Shown: piece after piece, positions 29,234 through 38,229 of the stretch
Numbering within the stretch: the first letter of the stretch is position 1
How the letters are laid out: each line of letters opens with the position of its first letter
From: Hyphomicrobium sp.
GTDB lineage: Bacteria; Pseudomonadota; Alphaproteobacteria; Rhizobiales; Hyphomicrobiaceae
DNA: 49,084 bases
NCBI GenBank assembly: GCA_024230315.1
Contig: JAAERO010000054.1
Location: 1-49,084 of the forward strand
Reading direction: 5' to 3'
Position numbers and translations under genes: made by a program
Notes under the pieces: generated by a model
Told to the model about the DNA's origin: nothing
The model's input: the letters and a program-made list of their open reading frames with translations, nothing else
Database searches by the model: none

Positions 29234-29962
29234 ATGATTATTGTGATCCGTACGGCCCTTGCTGCGGCCTTGCTCCTCGTGCTCACGGGCTGTCAGAAAA
29301 ACGTAGCACTCTGCCCGTCCGCGCTTCGAGACGCCACCCGGCTTGTGCTCGTAATCACGGCGTCGATGGACGATACGCGCGCCACCCTTCGCACCTTTGA
29401 ACGGACCGCCAAAGAAGTGGCGTGGGTGCCCGTCTCTGAACCCGATCCCGCCGTAGTTGGCGTGAACGGGCTGGCTTGGGGGCATCCGTTTGTTTCGCTC
29501 GCTGAACAGGGTGAACCTGAAAAGCGCGAAGGCGACAAACGGACCCCGGCGGGCATCTATGGGTTCGGGGCGACGTTCGGCTTTGAGGATGCAAAGCGCG
29601 ATGCTCATCTGCGTTTGGCTTCGGGTGAGCACTATTGCGTTGATGATGTGCGCTCGCCGCACTACGGGCGCATCGTTCCCAGGAGCGTGGCGGGCGAAGG
29701 GACGAGCGGCGAGGAGATGGCCGCAATTGACGTCTACAAGCGCGGCATCGTTATCGACTATCCGCCCAGGCGCCGATCGAAGGCGGGTAGCTGCGTCTTT
29801 GTGCACATTTGGGAAGGCAAGGGGACCGGCACGTCGGGCTGTGTCGCCCTGGTCGAGGCGCGCGTTGCCCATCTTCAAAAATGGGCGAAAGCTGACCGCA
29901 CGGCGATTGCGATCCTGCCCCAAGCTGCACTATCGCGTTTCAAGGGCTGCCTGCCGCAATAA
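29234..29962 (+). CDS. L,D-transpeptidase-like (YkuD family) lipoprotein
   Basis: Signal peptide with lipobox LTGC; KREGDKRTPAG; GSCVFVHIW....TSGCVAL catalytic His/Cys motif. Confidence 0.85.
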   Translation: MIIVIRTALAAALLLVLTGCQKNVALCPSALRDATRLVLVITASMDDTRATLRTFERTAKEVAWVPVSEPDPAVVGVNGLAWGHPFVSLAEQGEPEKREGDKRTPAGIYGFGATFGFEDAKRDAHLRLASGEHYCVDDVRSPHYGRIVPRSVAGEGTSGEEMAAIDVYKRGIVIDYPPRRRSKAGSCVFVHIWEGKGTGTSGCVALVEARVAHLQKWAKADRTAIAILPQAALSRFKGCLPQ

Positions 29963-30024
29963 CCTCCGTTAATGAACACATTGGGCGAGATCGCCGGCGG
30001 CGGCCAATGGCTCCAGCATGCGGG

Positions 30025-30053
30025 TTGTCAAGGCATTCTAACCAGCCTATAAG
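30025..30053 (+). promoter_or_regulatory. sigma70 promoter of rpsB-tsf
   Basis: TTGTCA (30025-30030), 17-bp spacer, TATAAG (30048-30053), followed by the GC-rich discriminator CCGCCC. Confidence 0.7.
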
Positions 30054-30059
30054 CCGCCC

Positions 30060-30185
30060 ATCTCACACGCGAACCTCTGCGCTTGGCAGATTGAAAGCCC
30101 TGCTGATCGCTCCGGTGGGCGGAACTGTACTCTGCAGACCGCCTTCTCAAGGCTTGCGGCGGACTAACCGGAAAAGGACGATCCA
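30060..30185 (+). promoter_or_regulatory. structured rpsB 5' leader (probable S2 autoregulatory element)
   Basis: ~125-nt UTR starting with CACAC. CCGGT (~30112) can pair with ACCGG (~30167) next to the AAAAGGA RBS, with an inner GGCGG/CCGCC stem. S2 leaders are established in many bacteria. Confidence 0.55.
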
Positions 30186-31196
30186 ATGACGCTTCCCGCG
30201 TTCAAAATGCGTCAGCTCTTGGAAGCTGGCGTGCACTTCGGCCACCAGTCACACCGCTGGAACCCCAAGATGGCGCCGTTTATCTACGGCGCTCGCAACA
30301 ACATTCATATTGTTGATCTGACGCAGACGACGCCGTTGTTGCATCAGGCGCTCGTTAAGATTTCTGACACCGTGGCTGGTGGTGGCCGCGTTCTGTACGT
30401 GGCGACCAAGCGCCAAGCGTCCGATGCAATCGCCGATTCGGCGCAGCGTTCGGCACAGTATTTCATCAATCACCGTTGGCTTGGTGGCACGCTGACCAAC
30501 TGGAAGACGATCTCTCAGTCGATACGCCGCCTGCGCCAGCTCGACGATATCGTCGCCGACCCTCAGGGCCGCACCAAGAAGGAAGTGCTCAACATCACGC
30601 GCGAGCGCGACAAGCTCAATCAAGCGCTGGGCGGAATCAAGGATATGGGCGGTACGCCCGACTTGTTGTTTGTGATCGACACCAATAAGGAGAGCATCGC
30701 CATCAAGGAGGCGCGCAAGCTCAAGATCCCGATCGTGGCCATCGTCGACACCAATTGCGATCCCGACGGCATCGATTTCCCCGTTCCGGGAAATGACGAT
30801 GCCGGCCGCGCTATCACGCTTTATTGCGACCTCATCGCGCGCGCCGCTATCGATGGTCTGGAGCGCAGCCAGACTTCCACGGGCGTTGACGTCGGGGCCT
30901 CCGAAGCTCCATCCGCCGAAGTGCTGCCGGAGGCAGAGAAGGCGGCGACTCCCGCCGGGTTCCGCGGCATTGAAGCGCCGCGTGGCGACGCCGACGACCT
31001 TAAGAATATCAGCGGGATTACCGTCAAGATTGAGCAGCAACTCAACGACGCGGGCGTCTTCCATTACTGGCAGATCGCCGACCTCGATCCAGAACAGCTG
31101 ACTGCCCTCGATGCCAAGCTCAAGCTTCAAGGCCAAATCGTGAAAGATGGCTGGGTTGCTCTGGCCAAGAAGCTGGTGGAGGTCAGAGCAGTCTGA
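30186..31196 (+). CDS. rpsB: 30S ribosomal protein S2 with C-terminal helix-hairpin-helix-like extension
   Basis: [25 protein letters not shown] and PGNDDA motifs, plus ~100 extra aa ending in DDLKNISGI...[13 protein letters not shown]. Confidence 0.98.
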   Translation: MTLPAFKMRQLLEAGVHFGHQSHRWNPKMAPFIYGARNNIHIVDLTQTTPLLHQALVKISDTVAGGGRVLYVATKRQASDAIADSAQRSAQYFINHRWLGGTLTNWKTISQSIRRLRQLDDIVADPQGRTKKEVLNITRERDKLNQALGGIKDMGGTPDLLFVIDTNKESIAIKEARKLKIPIVAIVDTNCDPDGIDFPVPGNDDAGRAITLYCDLIARAAIDGLERSQTSTGVDVGASEAPSAEVLPEAEKAATPAGFRGIEAPRGDADDLKNISGITVKIEQQLNDAGVFHYWQIADLDPEQLTALDAKLKLQGQIVKDGWVALAKKLVEVRAV

Positions 31197-31287
31197 TCGG
31201 CGCCACCGCGCGTGACAGCGGCAACAACAACCTATTGTCAAGCCACGGGCGTAGCGTGAAACCGCCTGCCAACCAAAGAGTGTAGAC

Positions 31288-32211
31288 ATGACCACTATTT
31301 CCGCGAGCCTGGTGAAGGAACTGCGCGACAAGACCGGTGTCGGGATGATGGATTGCAAGAGGGCCCTGAGCGAGACAGGCGGCGATGTGGAGGCCGCTGT
31401 CGACTGGTTGCGCAAGAAGGGGCTTTCCAAAGCTGCAAAGAAGGCTGGAAGGATCGCAGCAGAGGGGCTTGTGGGTATCGCGGCATCGGGAACGTCGGGT
31501 TCTGTCGTGGAGGTTAATTCCGAAACCGACTTCGTGGCGCGCAACGTGCAGTTCCAAGACATGGTGCTGAAGATCACATTGCTCGCGAGTGAAGCAAACG
31601 GCGACTTGGCCAAGCTTTTGGCCACGATCTATCCGAATGAGAAGATCACGGTTGAGGATCACATCAAGGAGATGATCGCCACCATAGGCGAGAACATGAC
31701 GCTGCGCCGCGCCAGAACTCTGAATGTTTCCAAAGGCGCCCTAGGTTCCTACGTACACAACCAGATCGCACCAGGGCTCGGCAAGATTGGCGTGCTCGTG
31801 GCGCTGGAGTCGGATGCGAAGAACACCCAAGAGCTCTCCGATCTGGCGCGAATGATTGCGATGCACGTTGCCGCGACAAGCCCGATGGCACTCGATCTGT
31901 CGGGTTTGCCGGCCGAAACGTTGGAGCGCGAGAAGGCGATCCTCGCCGACAAGAACCAAGGCAAACCGGACCACATTCTGGAAAAGATCGTTGCGAGCGG
32001 GCTAAAGAGCTACGGCAAGGAGCACTGCCTGCTCGATCAAGCGTATATCCACGACCCGTCTAAGAGTGTATCGCAAGCCTTGAAAGAGGCCGAAGGCAAG
32101 GTTGGCGCGCCCATCAAGATTGCCGGTTTTGTGCGCTACGCGCTGGGCGAGGGGATCGAAAAGAAAGAGGATGATTTCGCCGCAGAGGTTGCCGCTGCTG
32201 CAGGCGGCTAG
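31288..32211 (+). CDS. tsf: elongation factor Ts
   Basis: [29 protein letters not shown] and [15 protein letters not shown] motifs. Confidence 0.98.
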   Translation: MTTISASLVKELRDKTGVGMMDCKRALSETGGDVEAAVDWLRKKGLSKAAKKAGRIAAEGLVGIAASGTSGSVVEVNSETDFVARNVQFQDMVLKITLLASEANGDLAKLLATIYPNEKITVEDHIKEMIATIGENMTLRRARTLNVSKGALGSYVHNQIAPGLGKIGVLVALESDAKNTQELSDLARMIAMHVAATSPMALDLSGLPAETLEREKAILADKNQGKPDHILEKIVASGLKSYGKEHCLLDQAYIHDPSKSVSQALKEAEGKVGAPIKIAGFVRYALGEGIEKKEDDFAAEVAAAAGG

Positions 32212-32302
32212 CCGAATCCATCACTGATGCGCTAGTTAGGACTTGGCGGCTGGTCACCGGCCGCCGAGTGTAGCATTGCGGCAAAGCGACGAGGCAGCGG
32301 TC

Positions 32303-33028
32303 ATGGCAGCAGACGGCGATAGGCTCATCTATGATCGGTTGCTGCTGAAGCTCTCGGGCGAGGCCCTGATGGGCAAAAGCTCCTACGGGATCGACATGGA
32401 GGTCGTCGACCGTCTCGCGCGCGACGTTGCCGAGGCGGTGGCGGAAGGATGCCAGATCGCCGTGGTTATTGGCGGCGGCAACATTTTCCGGGGGCTTGCT
32501 GGCGCCGCCAAAGGCATGGACCGGGCCGCAGCCGACTACATGGGCATGCTCGCTACCGTGATGAACGCGCTGGCGTTTCAGAATGCCCTGGAGCATGCCA
32601 ATACGCCCGCCCGCGTGCTTTCTGCCATCCCGATGCCCACGGTGTGCGAAAGTTACGTTCGGCCCAAGGCCTTGCAACGTTTGGCTAGCGGGCACGTGGT
32701 GATCTTTGCCGCTGGCACGGGTAACCCATTTTTCACGACAGACACGGCCGCCACGTTGCGGGCCATCGAGATGGGGTGTCAGGTGGTGGCGAAAGCAACT
32801 AAGGTCGATGGCGTCTATGATGCTGATCCGGGTGCGAATCCGGGGGCTAAGCGCTTCGAACGGCTGAGTTATGCTGAGGTTTTGTCGCGAGATCTCAAGG
32901 TCATGGACGGAGCGGCGATCGCCCTTGCTCGCGACAATGGACTTCCGGTAATTGTGTTCTCCATCGAGGAGCCGGGAAATCTCCTCAAAATGTTGCAGGG
33001 AAAAGCGCGGGCAACTGTCATAGAATGA
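32303..33028 (+). CDS. pyrH: UMP kinase
   Basis: [28 protein letters not shown] and GNPFFTTD motifs; GAGG RBS before ATG 32303. Confidence 0.97.
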   Translation: MAADGDRLIYDRLLLKLSGEALMGKSSYGIDMEVVDRLARDVAEAVAEGCQIAVVIGGGNIFRGLAGAAKGMDRAAADYMGMLATVMNALAFQNALEHANTPARVLSAIPMPTVCESYVRPKALQRLASGHVVIFAAGTGNPFFTTDTAATLRAIEMGCQVVAKATKVDGVYDADPGANPGAKRFERLSYAEVLSRDLKVMDGAAIALARDNGLPVIVFSIEEPGNLLKMLQGKARATVIE

Positions 33029-33147
33029 TCCGCTTGAAAGCCCCCATTCGCTCACAGGAATCGCAAACCCTGTAGCTGCGCGAAGCAGAGCTGCTTGCTG
33101 CCTTGGGATGTGTGCCGCGGCGCATCGTGCGGGCTGAAGGAGAAGAA

Positions 33148-33711
33148 ATGCTGACCGGTACATTTGATCTCAACGAGCTTAAAAAGCGTATGCGCGCCAG
33201 CGTTGAAGCGCTCAAACGCGAGTTTTCAGGCCTGAGAACCGGGCGGGCGAGCACCCACCTGCTCGATCCTGTGCAGGTGTCCGTGTACGGCTCTAAAATG
33301 CCGCTCAGTCAGGTCGCGACGATCTCGGTGCCAGAGCCGCGCACCATCTCGGTGCAGGTCTGGGATAAGGCCAACATCTCTGCGGTAGACAGGGCGATAC
33401 GCGAAGCCAACCTCGGCCTTAATCCGGTCGTCGATGGCACGTTGATACGCTTGCCTATCCCGACGCTAACCGCCGAACGCCGTCAAGAATTCGCCAAGCT
33501 TGCGCACAAATACGCTGAGCAATCGCGTGTTTCTGTGCGAAACGTGCGTCGCGAAGGCATGGAGCACCTCAAAAGGCTAGAGAAGGGGGGCGATATGAGT
33601 CAAGACGATCATCACAAGGCCTCTGCCGATGTGCAGGAATTGACCGACAAGCTCGTTAAGGAGATCGACGCAATGCTTGAGGCCAAGGAGGCCGATATCC
33701 ACAAAGTCTGA
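33148..33711 (+). CDS. frr: ribosome recycling factor
   Basis: LRTGRAS, NLGLNP and VRNVRR motifs; AAGGAG RBS before ATG 33148. Confidence 0.97.
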   Translation: MLTGTFDLNELKKRMRASVEALKREFSGLRTGRASTHLLDPVQVSVYGSKMPLSQVATISVPEPRTISVQVWDKANISAVDRAIREANLGLNPVVDGTLIRLPIPTLTAERRQEFAKLAHKYAEQSRVSVRNVRREGMEHLKRLEKGGDMSQDDHHKASADVQELTDKLVKEIDAMLEAKEADIHKV

Positions 33712-33741
33712 GCCGAACGAACACCCGCGACTTCGTTCAAG

Positions 33742-34542
33742 TTGGCGCTTGCGCCGTCCGCAACCGAAAGCCTATCCACAAACGTGACGGAAATCAGCAA
33801 CCATACCGGACGACATGAAGACGCGGATGCTTCGCCCCGTCACATTGCCATCATCATGGACGGCAACGGGCGCTGGGCGCGGGCGCGCGGCTTGCCGCGC
33901 TCGGTTGGTCACCGCTCAGGTGTGGAGGCAGTGCGGCGCACGGTGCGCGCGGTTGCCGATCTGGGGATTCCCTACCTGACGCTCTACAGCTTTTCCTCCG
34001 AGAACTGGTCGCGGCCTGCTGATGAGATAGACGACCTTATGAGGCTGATGAAGCGCTTCATCCGTCTTGATCTGGCCGAGCTTCACAAAGCAGGCGTCAG
34101 GATCCGCGTCATCGGTGAGCGATTCAATGTCGACAAAGAGCTGATGACACTCATCGATGAAGCGTGCGAGCTGACACGGGAGAACAAGAGGCTAACGCTC
34201 ATTATTGCGTTCAATTACGGCGCGCGCGCTGAGATCGCAAAAGCAGCGCGCAAACTCGCCGAGGCTGTCGTGGCCGGGACGCTCAAGCCATCGGAAATCA
34301 CAGCCGGCGCGCTCAACGACGCGCTCGACACATATGGTATTCCCGATCCAGATTTGCTGATCCGCACGAGCGGCGAGATGCGCTTGTCGAACTTCTTGCT
34401 GTGGCAGGCTGCATACACGGAATTCGTGTTCCTCGACGCCTATTGGCCGGATTTTGGGCTTGAGCTTTTGGAAGAAGCACTTGCACGGTACCGCGCCCGT
34501 GAGCGCCGCTATGGCGGACTCGCAAAGCGATCGATGGCTTGA
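33742..34542 (+). CDS. uppS: undecaprenyl diphosphate synthase (isoprenyl transferase)
   Basis: [22 protein letters not shown] and [16 protein letters not shown] motifs. The TTG start is uncertain. Confidence 0.96.
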   Translation: MALAPSATESLSTNVTEISNHTGRHEDADASPRHIAIIMDGNGRWARARGLPRSVGHRSGVEAVRRTVRAVADLGIPYLTLYSFSSENWSRPADEIDDLMRLMKRFIRLDLAELHKAGVRIRVIGERFNVDKELMTLIDEACELTRENKRLTLIIAFNYGARAEIAKAARKLAEAVVAGTLKPSEITAGALNDALDTYGIPDPDLLIRTSGEMRLSNFLLWQAAYTEFVFLDAYWPDFGLELLEEALARYRARERRYGGLAKRSMA

Positions 34543-34552
34543 GGCGCGCACC

Positions 34553-35416
34553 ATGCCCGACAATTTGGCAGCTTCGCATGCGAACGCGCACGAGGACGGC
34601 AAGCTGCCTACGGACCTGAGGGCGCGCATCATTGCAGGCGCCGTTATGGTGCTCATCGCCCTGTCCTTGGCTTACGCAGGGCCAACGTGGTTTGGTCTAC
34701 TCGTCCTCGTCGTTTCGCTGGTGATCAGTTGGGAGTGGGGCCGCGTGGTACGCGGGTTAAGTTTTGATCTCGCTTTCTTCGTTCATGCCGCCGCCGTGAC
34801 GGCGGCGATCATTCTGGCGGCAAAGGGATACGCGGCGCTTGGGCTTGCCGTTATCGCCACGGCCGTAATTGTTCTTGTCCCGCTTGTCTTCGGGCGCGGC
34901 GCACGCCTTTCCGTTCTCGGTGTGATATACGTCGGCATCCCGGCCGTCGCATTGCTTTGGATGCGCGGTGATGAGCCCTATGGCTTCCTCGCGGTGCTGC
35001 TGATATTCGCGATTGTGTGGGCTTCAGACACTGCTGCTTATGCTGCGGGACGATTGATTGGCGGACCGAAGCTGTGGCCCCAGATCTCGCCGAACAAGAC
35101 CTGGGCAGGGCTGTTGGGCGGGCTAGTGGCAAGCACGGCTGCCGCGACTCTCTTTTCGTTTTTTATCGGGGGCGCCTCACCTTTAGGATTGGCGCTTACG
35201 GGGCTCGTGCTGGGTATCGTCGCTCAAGCAGGCGACTTGGCCGAATCTGCATTGAAACGCGTCTTCGGGTTCAAGGATGCAAGCGCCTTGATCCCAGGCC
35301 ACGGCGGTTTCATGGATCGCATGGATAGCATCGTTACGGTGGCTGTGGCCGCGGGACTATTTGTCCTCGCCGTCGATCCGCACGCGCCGGCACGGGCGCT
35401 GTTATTTGGCATGTGA
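34553..35416 (+). CDS. cdsA: phosphatidate cytidylyltransferase
   Basis: WASDTAAY, ISPNKTW.G and GDLAESALKR..G.KD...LIPGHGGFMDRMD motifs. Confidence 0.96.
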   Translation: MPDNLAASHANAHEDGKLPTDLRARIIAGAVMVLIALSLAYAGPTWFGLLVLVVSLVISWEWGRVVRGLSFDLAFFVHAAAVTAAIILAAKGYAALGLAVIATAVIVLVPLVFGRGARLSVLGVIYVGIPAVALLWMRGDEPYGFLAVLLIFAIVWASDTAAYAAGRLIGGPKLWPQISPNKTWAGLLGGLVASTAAATLFSFFIGGASPLGLALTGLVLGIVAQAGDLAESALKRVFGFKDASALIPGHGGFMDRMDSIVTVAVAAGLFVLAVDPHAPARALLFGM

Positions 35417-35425
35417 CGTTTTGCG

Positions 35426-36661
35426 ATGAGAGGTAGAATGGCGCGGCTGTCAAGCGCTCAGGCAAAGTCGGAGATGCCCCACGACGCTGTGGTACGGCGA
35501 AGCTTGAGCATCCTTGGCGCGACTGGATCGATCGGTAAGAACACGCTCGACCTCGTGAGCCGTACGCCCGACGCGTTCGAGATCATAGCTCTCACCGCCC
35601 AAAACAGTGTTGCCGAGCTCGCCGAAAGCGCCAAACGTGTGGGCGCCCGCCTCGCTGTCATCGGCAACGAACGTCAGTACGGTGAGCTAAAATCTCTGCT
35701 CTCAGGCACCGGTATCAAGGTGGCTGCCGGCCCAACAGCCGTTGTCGCGGCCGCCGCCGAACCAGCCGATTGCGTCATGGCTGCTATTGTGGGTGCTGCC
35801 GGGCTTGAACCGACATTCGAGGCCGTGCGCCAAGGACGCCGGCTGGCGCTTGCCAACAAGGAATGTCTCGTCTCCGCGGGCGCGGTATTCATGGCGGAAG
35901 TGGCCCGGACGGGCGCGGAGCTCCTACCTGTCGACAGTGAGCACTCGGCCGCCTTGCAGGTTGTCGGCAACGTCGAGCCGGCAAGCATCGAAAAACTCAC
36001 GCTGACAGCTTCTGGCGGTCCGTTCCGGACCTGGGACGAGGAGCAATTGGCACGTGCAACGCCAGAGGAGGCACTGCGGCATCCAAACTGGTCGATGGGC
36101 GCAAAGGTCACCATCGATTCAGCAACGCTGATGAACAAGGGGCTGGAGCTGATCGAGGCGTATCATCTCTTTCCCGTGAATGCAGACCAACTCGGCGTTG
36201 TCGTTCACCCCCAGTCGATCGTTCATTGCCTGGTCAGCTTCACCGACGGCTCAGTCATCGCGCAACTCGCCTGCCCCGATATGCGCACGCCGATAGCACT
36301 TTCGCTGTCTTGGCCGCAACGTATGACGACGCCAACGAAAAAGCTCGATCTGGTGGCCCTAGGCAGCTTGACTTTCGAAGCGCCCGACGAAAAGCGCTTT
36401 CCCGCCTTGGACCTTGCCCGCGAGGCATTGCGTCGCGGCGCTACCGCGCCTGCCGTTCTCAACGCCGCCAATGAAGTGGCCGTGGAGGCCTTTCTGGCCC
36501 GGCGCATCCCTTTTCCGGCAATCGCCCAAATTGTCGAGCAAGGCCTCGATGGCGGTGAGTCGCGGGGACTGATCCGCTCCGAGGGGGGGCTTAAGGGTAT
36601 ATTGAATGTCGATGCCGAGGCCCGGCAACTGGCACATTCTCTGCTTGATCGCTATGTGTAG
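35426..36661 (+). CDS. dxr: 1-deoxy-D-xylulose-5-phosphate reductoisomerase
   Basis: LGATGSIG, LANKE, PVDSEHSA, TASGGPFR, HPNWSMG.K.TIDSA and NAANE motifs. The start may be ATG 35438. Confidence 0.97.
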   Translation: MRGRMARLSSAQAKSEMPHDAVVRRSLSILGATGSIGKNTLDLVSRTPDAFEIIALTAQNSVAELAESAKRVGARLAVIGNERQYGELKSLLSGTGIKVAAGPTAVVAAAAEPADCVMAAIVGAAGLEPTFEAVRQGRRLALANKECLVSAGAVFMAEVARTGAELLPVDSEHSAALQVVGNVEPASIEKLTLTASGGPFRTWDEEQLARATPEEALRHPNWSMGAKVTIDSATLMNKGLELIEAYHLFPVNADQLGVVVHPQSIVHCLVSFTDGSVIAQLACPDMRTPIALSLSWPQRMTTPTKKLDLVALGSLTFEAPDEKRFPALDLAREALRRGATAPAVLNAANEVAVEAFLARRIPFPAIAQIVEQGLDGGESRGLIRSEGGLKGILNVDAEARQLAHSLLDRYV

Positions 36662-36842
36662 GGCGCAGGCGCGTCGCCTTTGCATATGCCGTTTCGTTAA
36701 CGAATTCAGGGTGCCATCAAGCGATTGCCATCGTCCTATTGGGCGAACAGACAGTCGGCCCAATTTATAGGTCCAATATTGCTGCATCGGAAGTCTGGCG
36801 CCTTGAGCACGCACTCCGAAGGCACGAAGGGAGGCAAGTGGA

Positions 36843-38003
36843 ATGGTGATGTTTGCGAGTTTGGCTGTGTCCGCCTGGGGCATTCTTGTCGCCGCCGCTG
36901 CGTTTGTACTGGTGCTCAGCGTCGTGGTGTTCGTCCACGAGCTTGGGCACTTTCTCGTCGCGCGCTGGTGCGGCGTCACGGTTAAGACGTTCTCGATTGG
37001 CTTTGGCAAAGAGATTTTCGGCTTCACGGATTCCAAGGGGACGCGCTGGCGTTTTGCATGGATTCCGTTGGGTGGTTACGTGAAGTTTCTCGATGACGCG
37101 AATGCGGCAAGCCAGGCCTCAGCCGATGCGCTTGCCAAGATGACCCCCGAGGAGCGGGCCGGCGCCTTTCAAACAAAGCCGTTGTGGAAGCGCGCTGCGG
37201 TTGTAGCGGCAGGGCCAATTGCGAACTTTCTCTTGGCCATTGCTATCTACACCGCAATCAATGTCACATTTGGTGTGCGCACGATTCCCCCGCGCATTGA
37301 CGAGGTTATTGCGGGCATGCCGGCGGCGGCTGCTGGTTTTGAGCGAGGCGATGTGATCACGAGCATCGACGGCTGGACGATTGAAGGCTTCGGGGATGTG
37401 CAGCGGATCGTCAGCATCAACGGCGATCGCAAGCTCGTGTTCAGCGTCGATCGCGACGGCAAAATGCTGGAAATCGAGGTGACCCCCAAGGTCGAGGAGC
37501 AAAAGGATACTTTTGGCGGGACGTTCCGGCGCGGTCTCATTGGCGTGAGGCCATCGATGTCGCCAACTGGCATTAAGGCCAAGCAAGTCGGTCCGCTGGA
37601 GGCGCTGCGCCTTGGGGTGCGTGAGACGTACACCAACATATCGCAAACGGTGCAAGGCATCGCCGACATGATCACGAGACGTCAGTCTCCTGATCAGATG
37701 GGCGGGCCGATCCTGATAGCTGAGGTGACGGCGCGAGTTGCTGAACTGGGAATCGTGGCGCTGTTGATCTGGACCGCCTTTATTTCGGCAAACATTGGCT
37801 TTCTAAATCTCTTACCAATACCGGTTCTCGATGGTGGGCACCTTTTGTTCTATGCGATCGAGGCCGTTCGACGGCGACCACTCAGTCAGCGTATTCAGGA
37901 AATCGGGTTCCAGATTGGAATCGCACTTGTACTCATGCTGATGGTTTACGTCAGCATGAATGACCTGCTGAGGGTGTGGCGGCGACTGATGGGTGACGGT
38001 TAA
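36843..38003 (+). CDS. rseP: RIP metalloprotease RseP
   Basis: HELGH, PLGGYVK, AGPIAN, a single PDZ domain and NLLPIPVLDGGH. Confidence 0.96.
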   Translation: MVMFASLAVSAWGILVAAAAFVLVLSVVVFVHELGHFLVARWCGVTVKTFSIGFGKEIFGFTDSKGTRWRFAWIPLGGYVKFLDDANAASQASADALAKMTPEERAGAFQTKPLWKRAAVVAAGPIANFLLAIAIYTAINVTFGVRTIPPRIDEVIAGMPAAAAGFERGDVITSIDGWTIEGFGDVQRIVSINGDRKLVFSVDRDGKMLEIEVTPKVEEQKDTFGGTFRRGLIGVRPSMSPTGIKAKQVGPLEALRLGVRETYTNISQTVQGIADMITRRQSPDQMGGPILIAEVTARVAELGIVALLIWTAFISANIGFLNLLPIPVLDGGHLLFYAIEAVRRRPLSQRIQEIGFQIGIALVLMLMVYVSMNDLLRVWRRLMGDG

Positions 38004-38229
38004 ATTCCTGTTCGGTGACGTAAACTTGCCACTTCCGCGCAGCTTCCTAAATGTTTAAAACTGAGTCCTATAGGGAGTGCGCCCAAGACCAAGAAATACG
38101 GCCTATGGAGCCTGTTAAGAGCACTTCTTGATTATGTACGGTGTAGCGCCTCGAAGCCGACGAGCGCTGTGTCCGAAGGGGGGTCGGCAAATAACGCGAG
38201 CATATCTACGAATGCCTGTGGTTTGGATT

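Noticed and set aside
30249-31625. 458-aa antisense ORF across rpsB-tsf
   Set aside because: Mirror frame of highly expressed genes with no recognisable domain. The same applies to the many other overlapping ORFs in the track.
38000-38060. CtrA box upstream of bamA
   Set aside because: Only TTAA-N7-TTCG; the second half-site is too degenerate to call.
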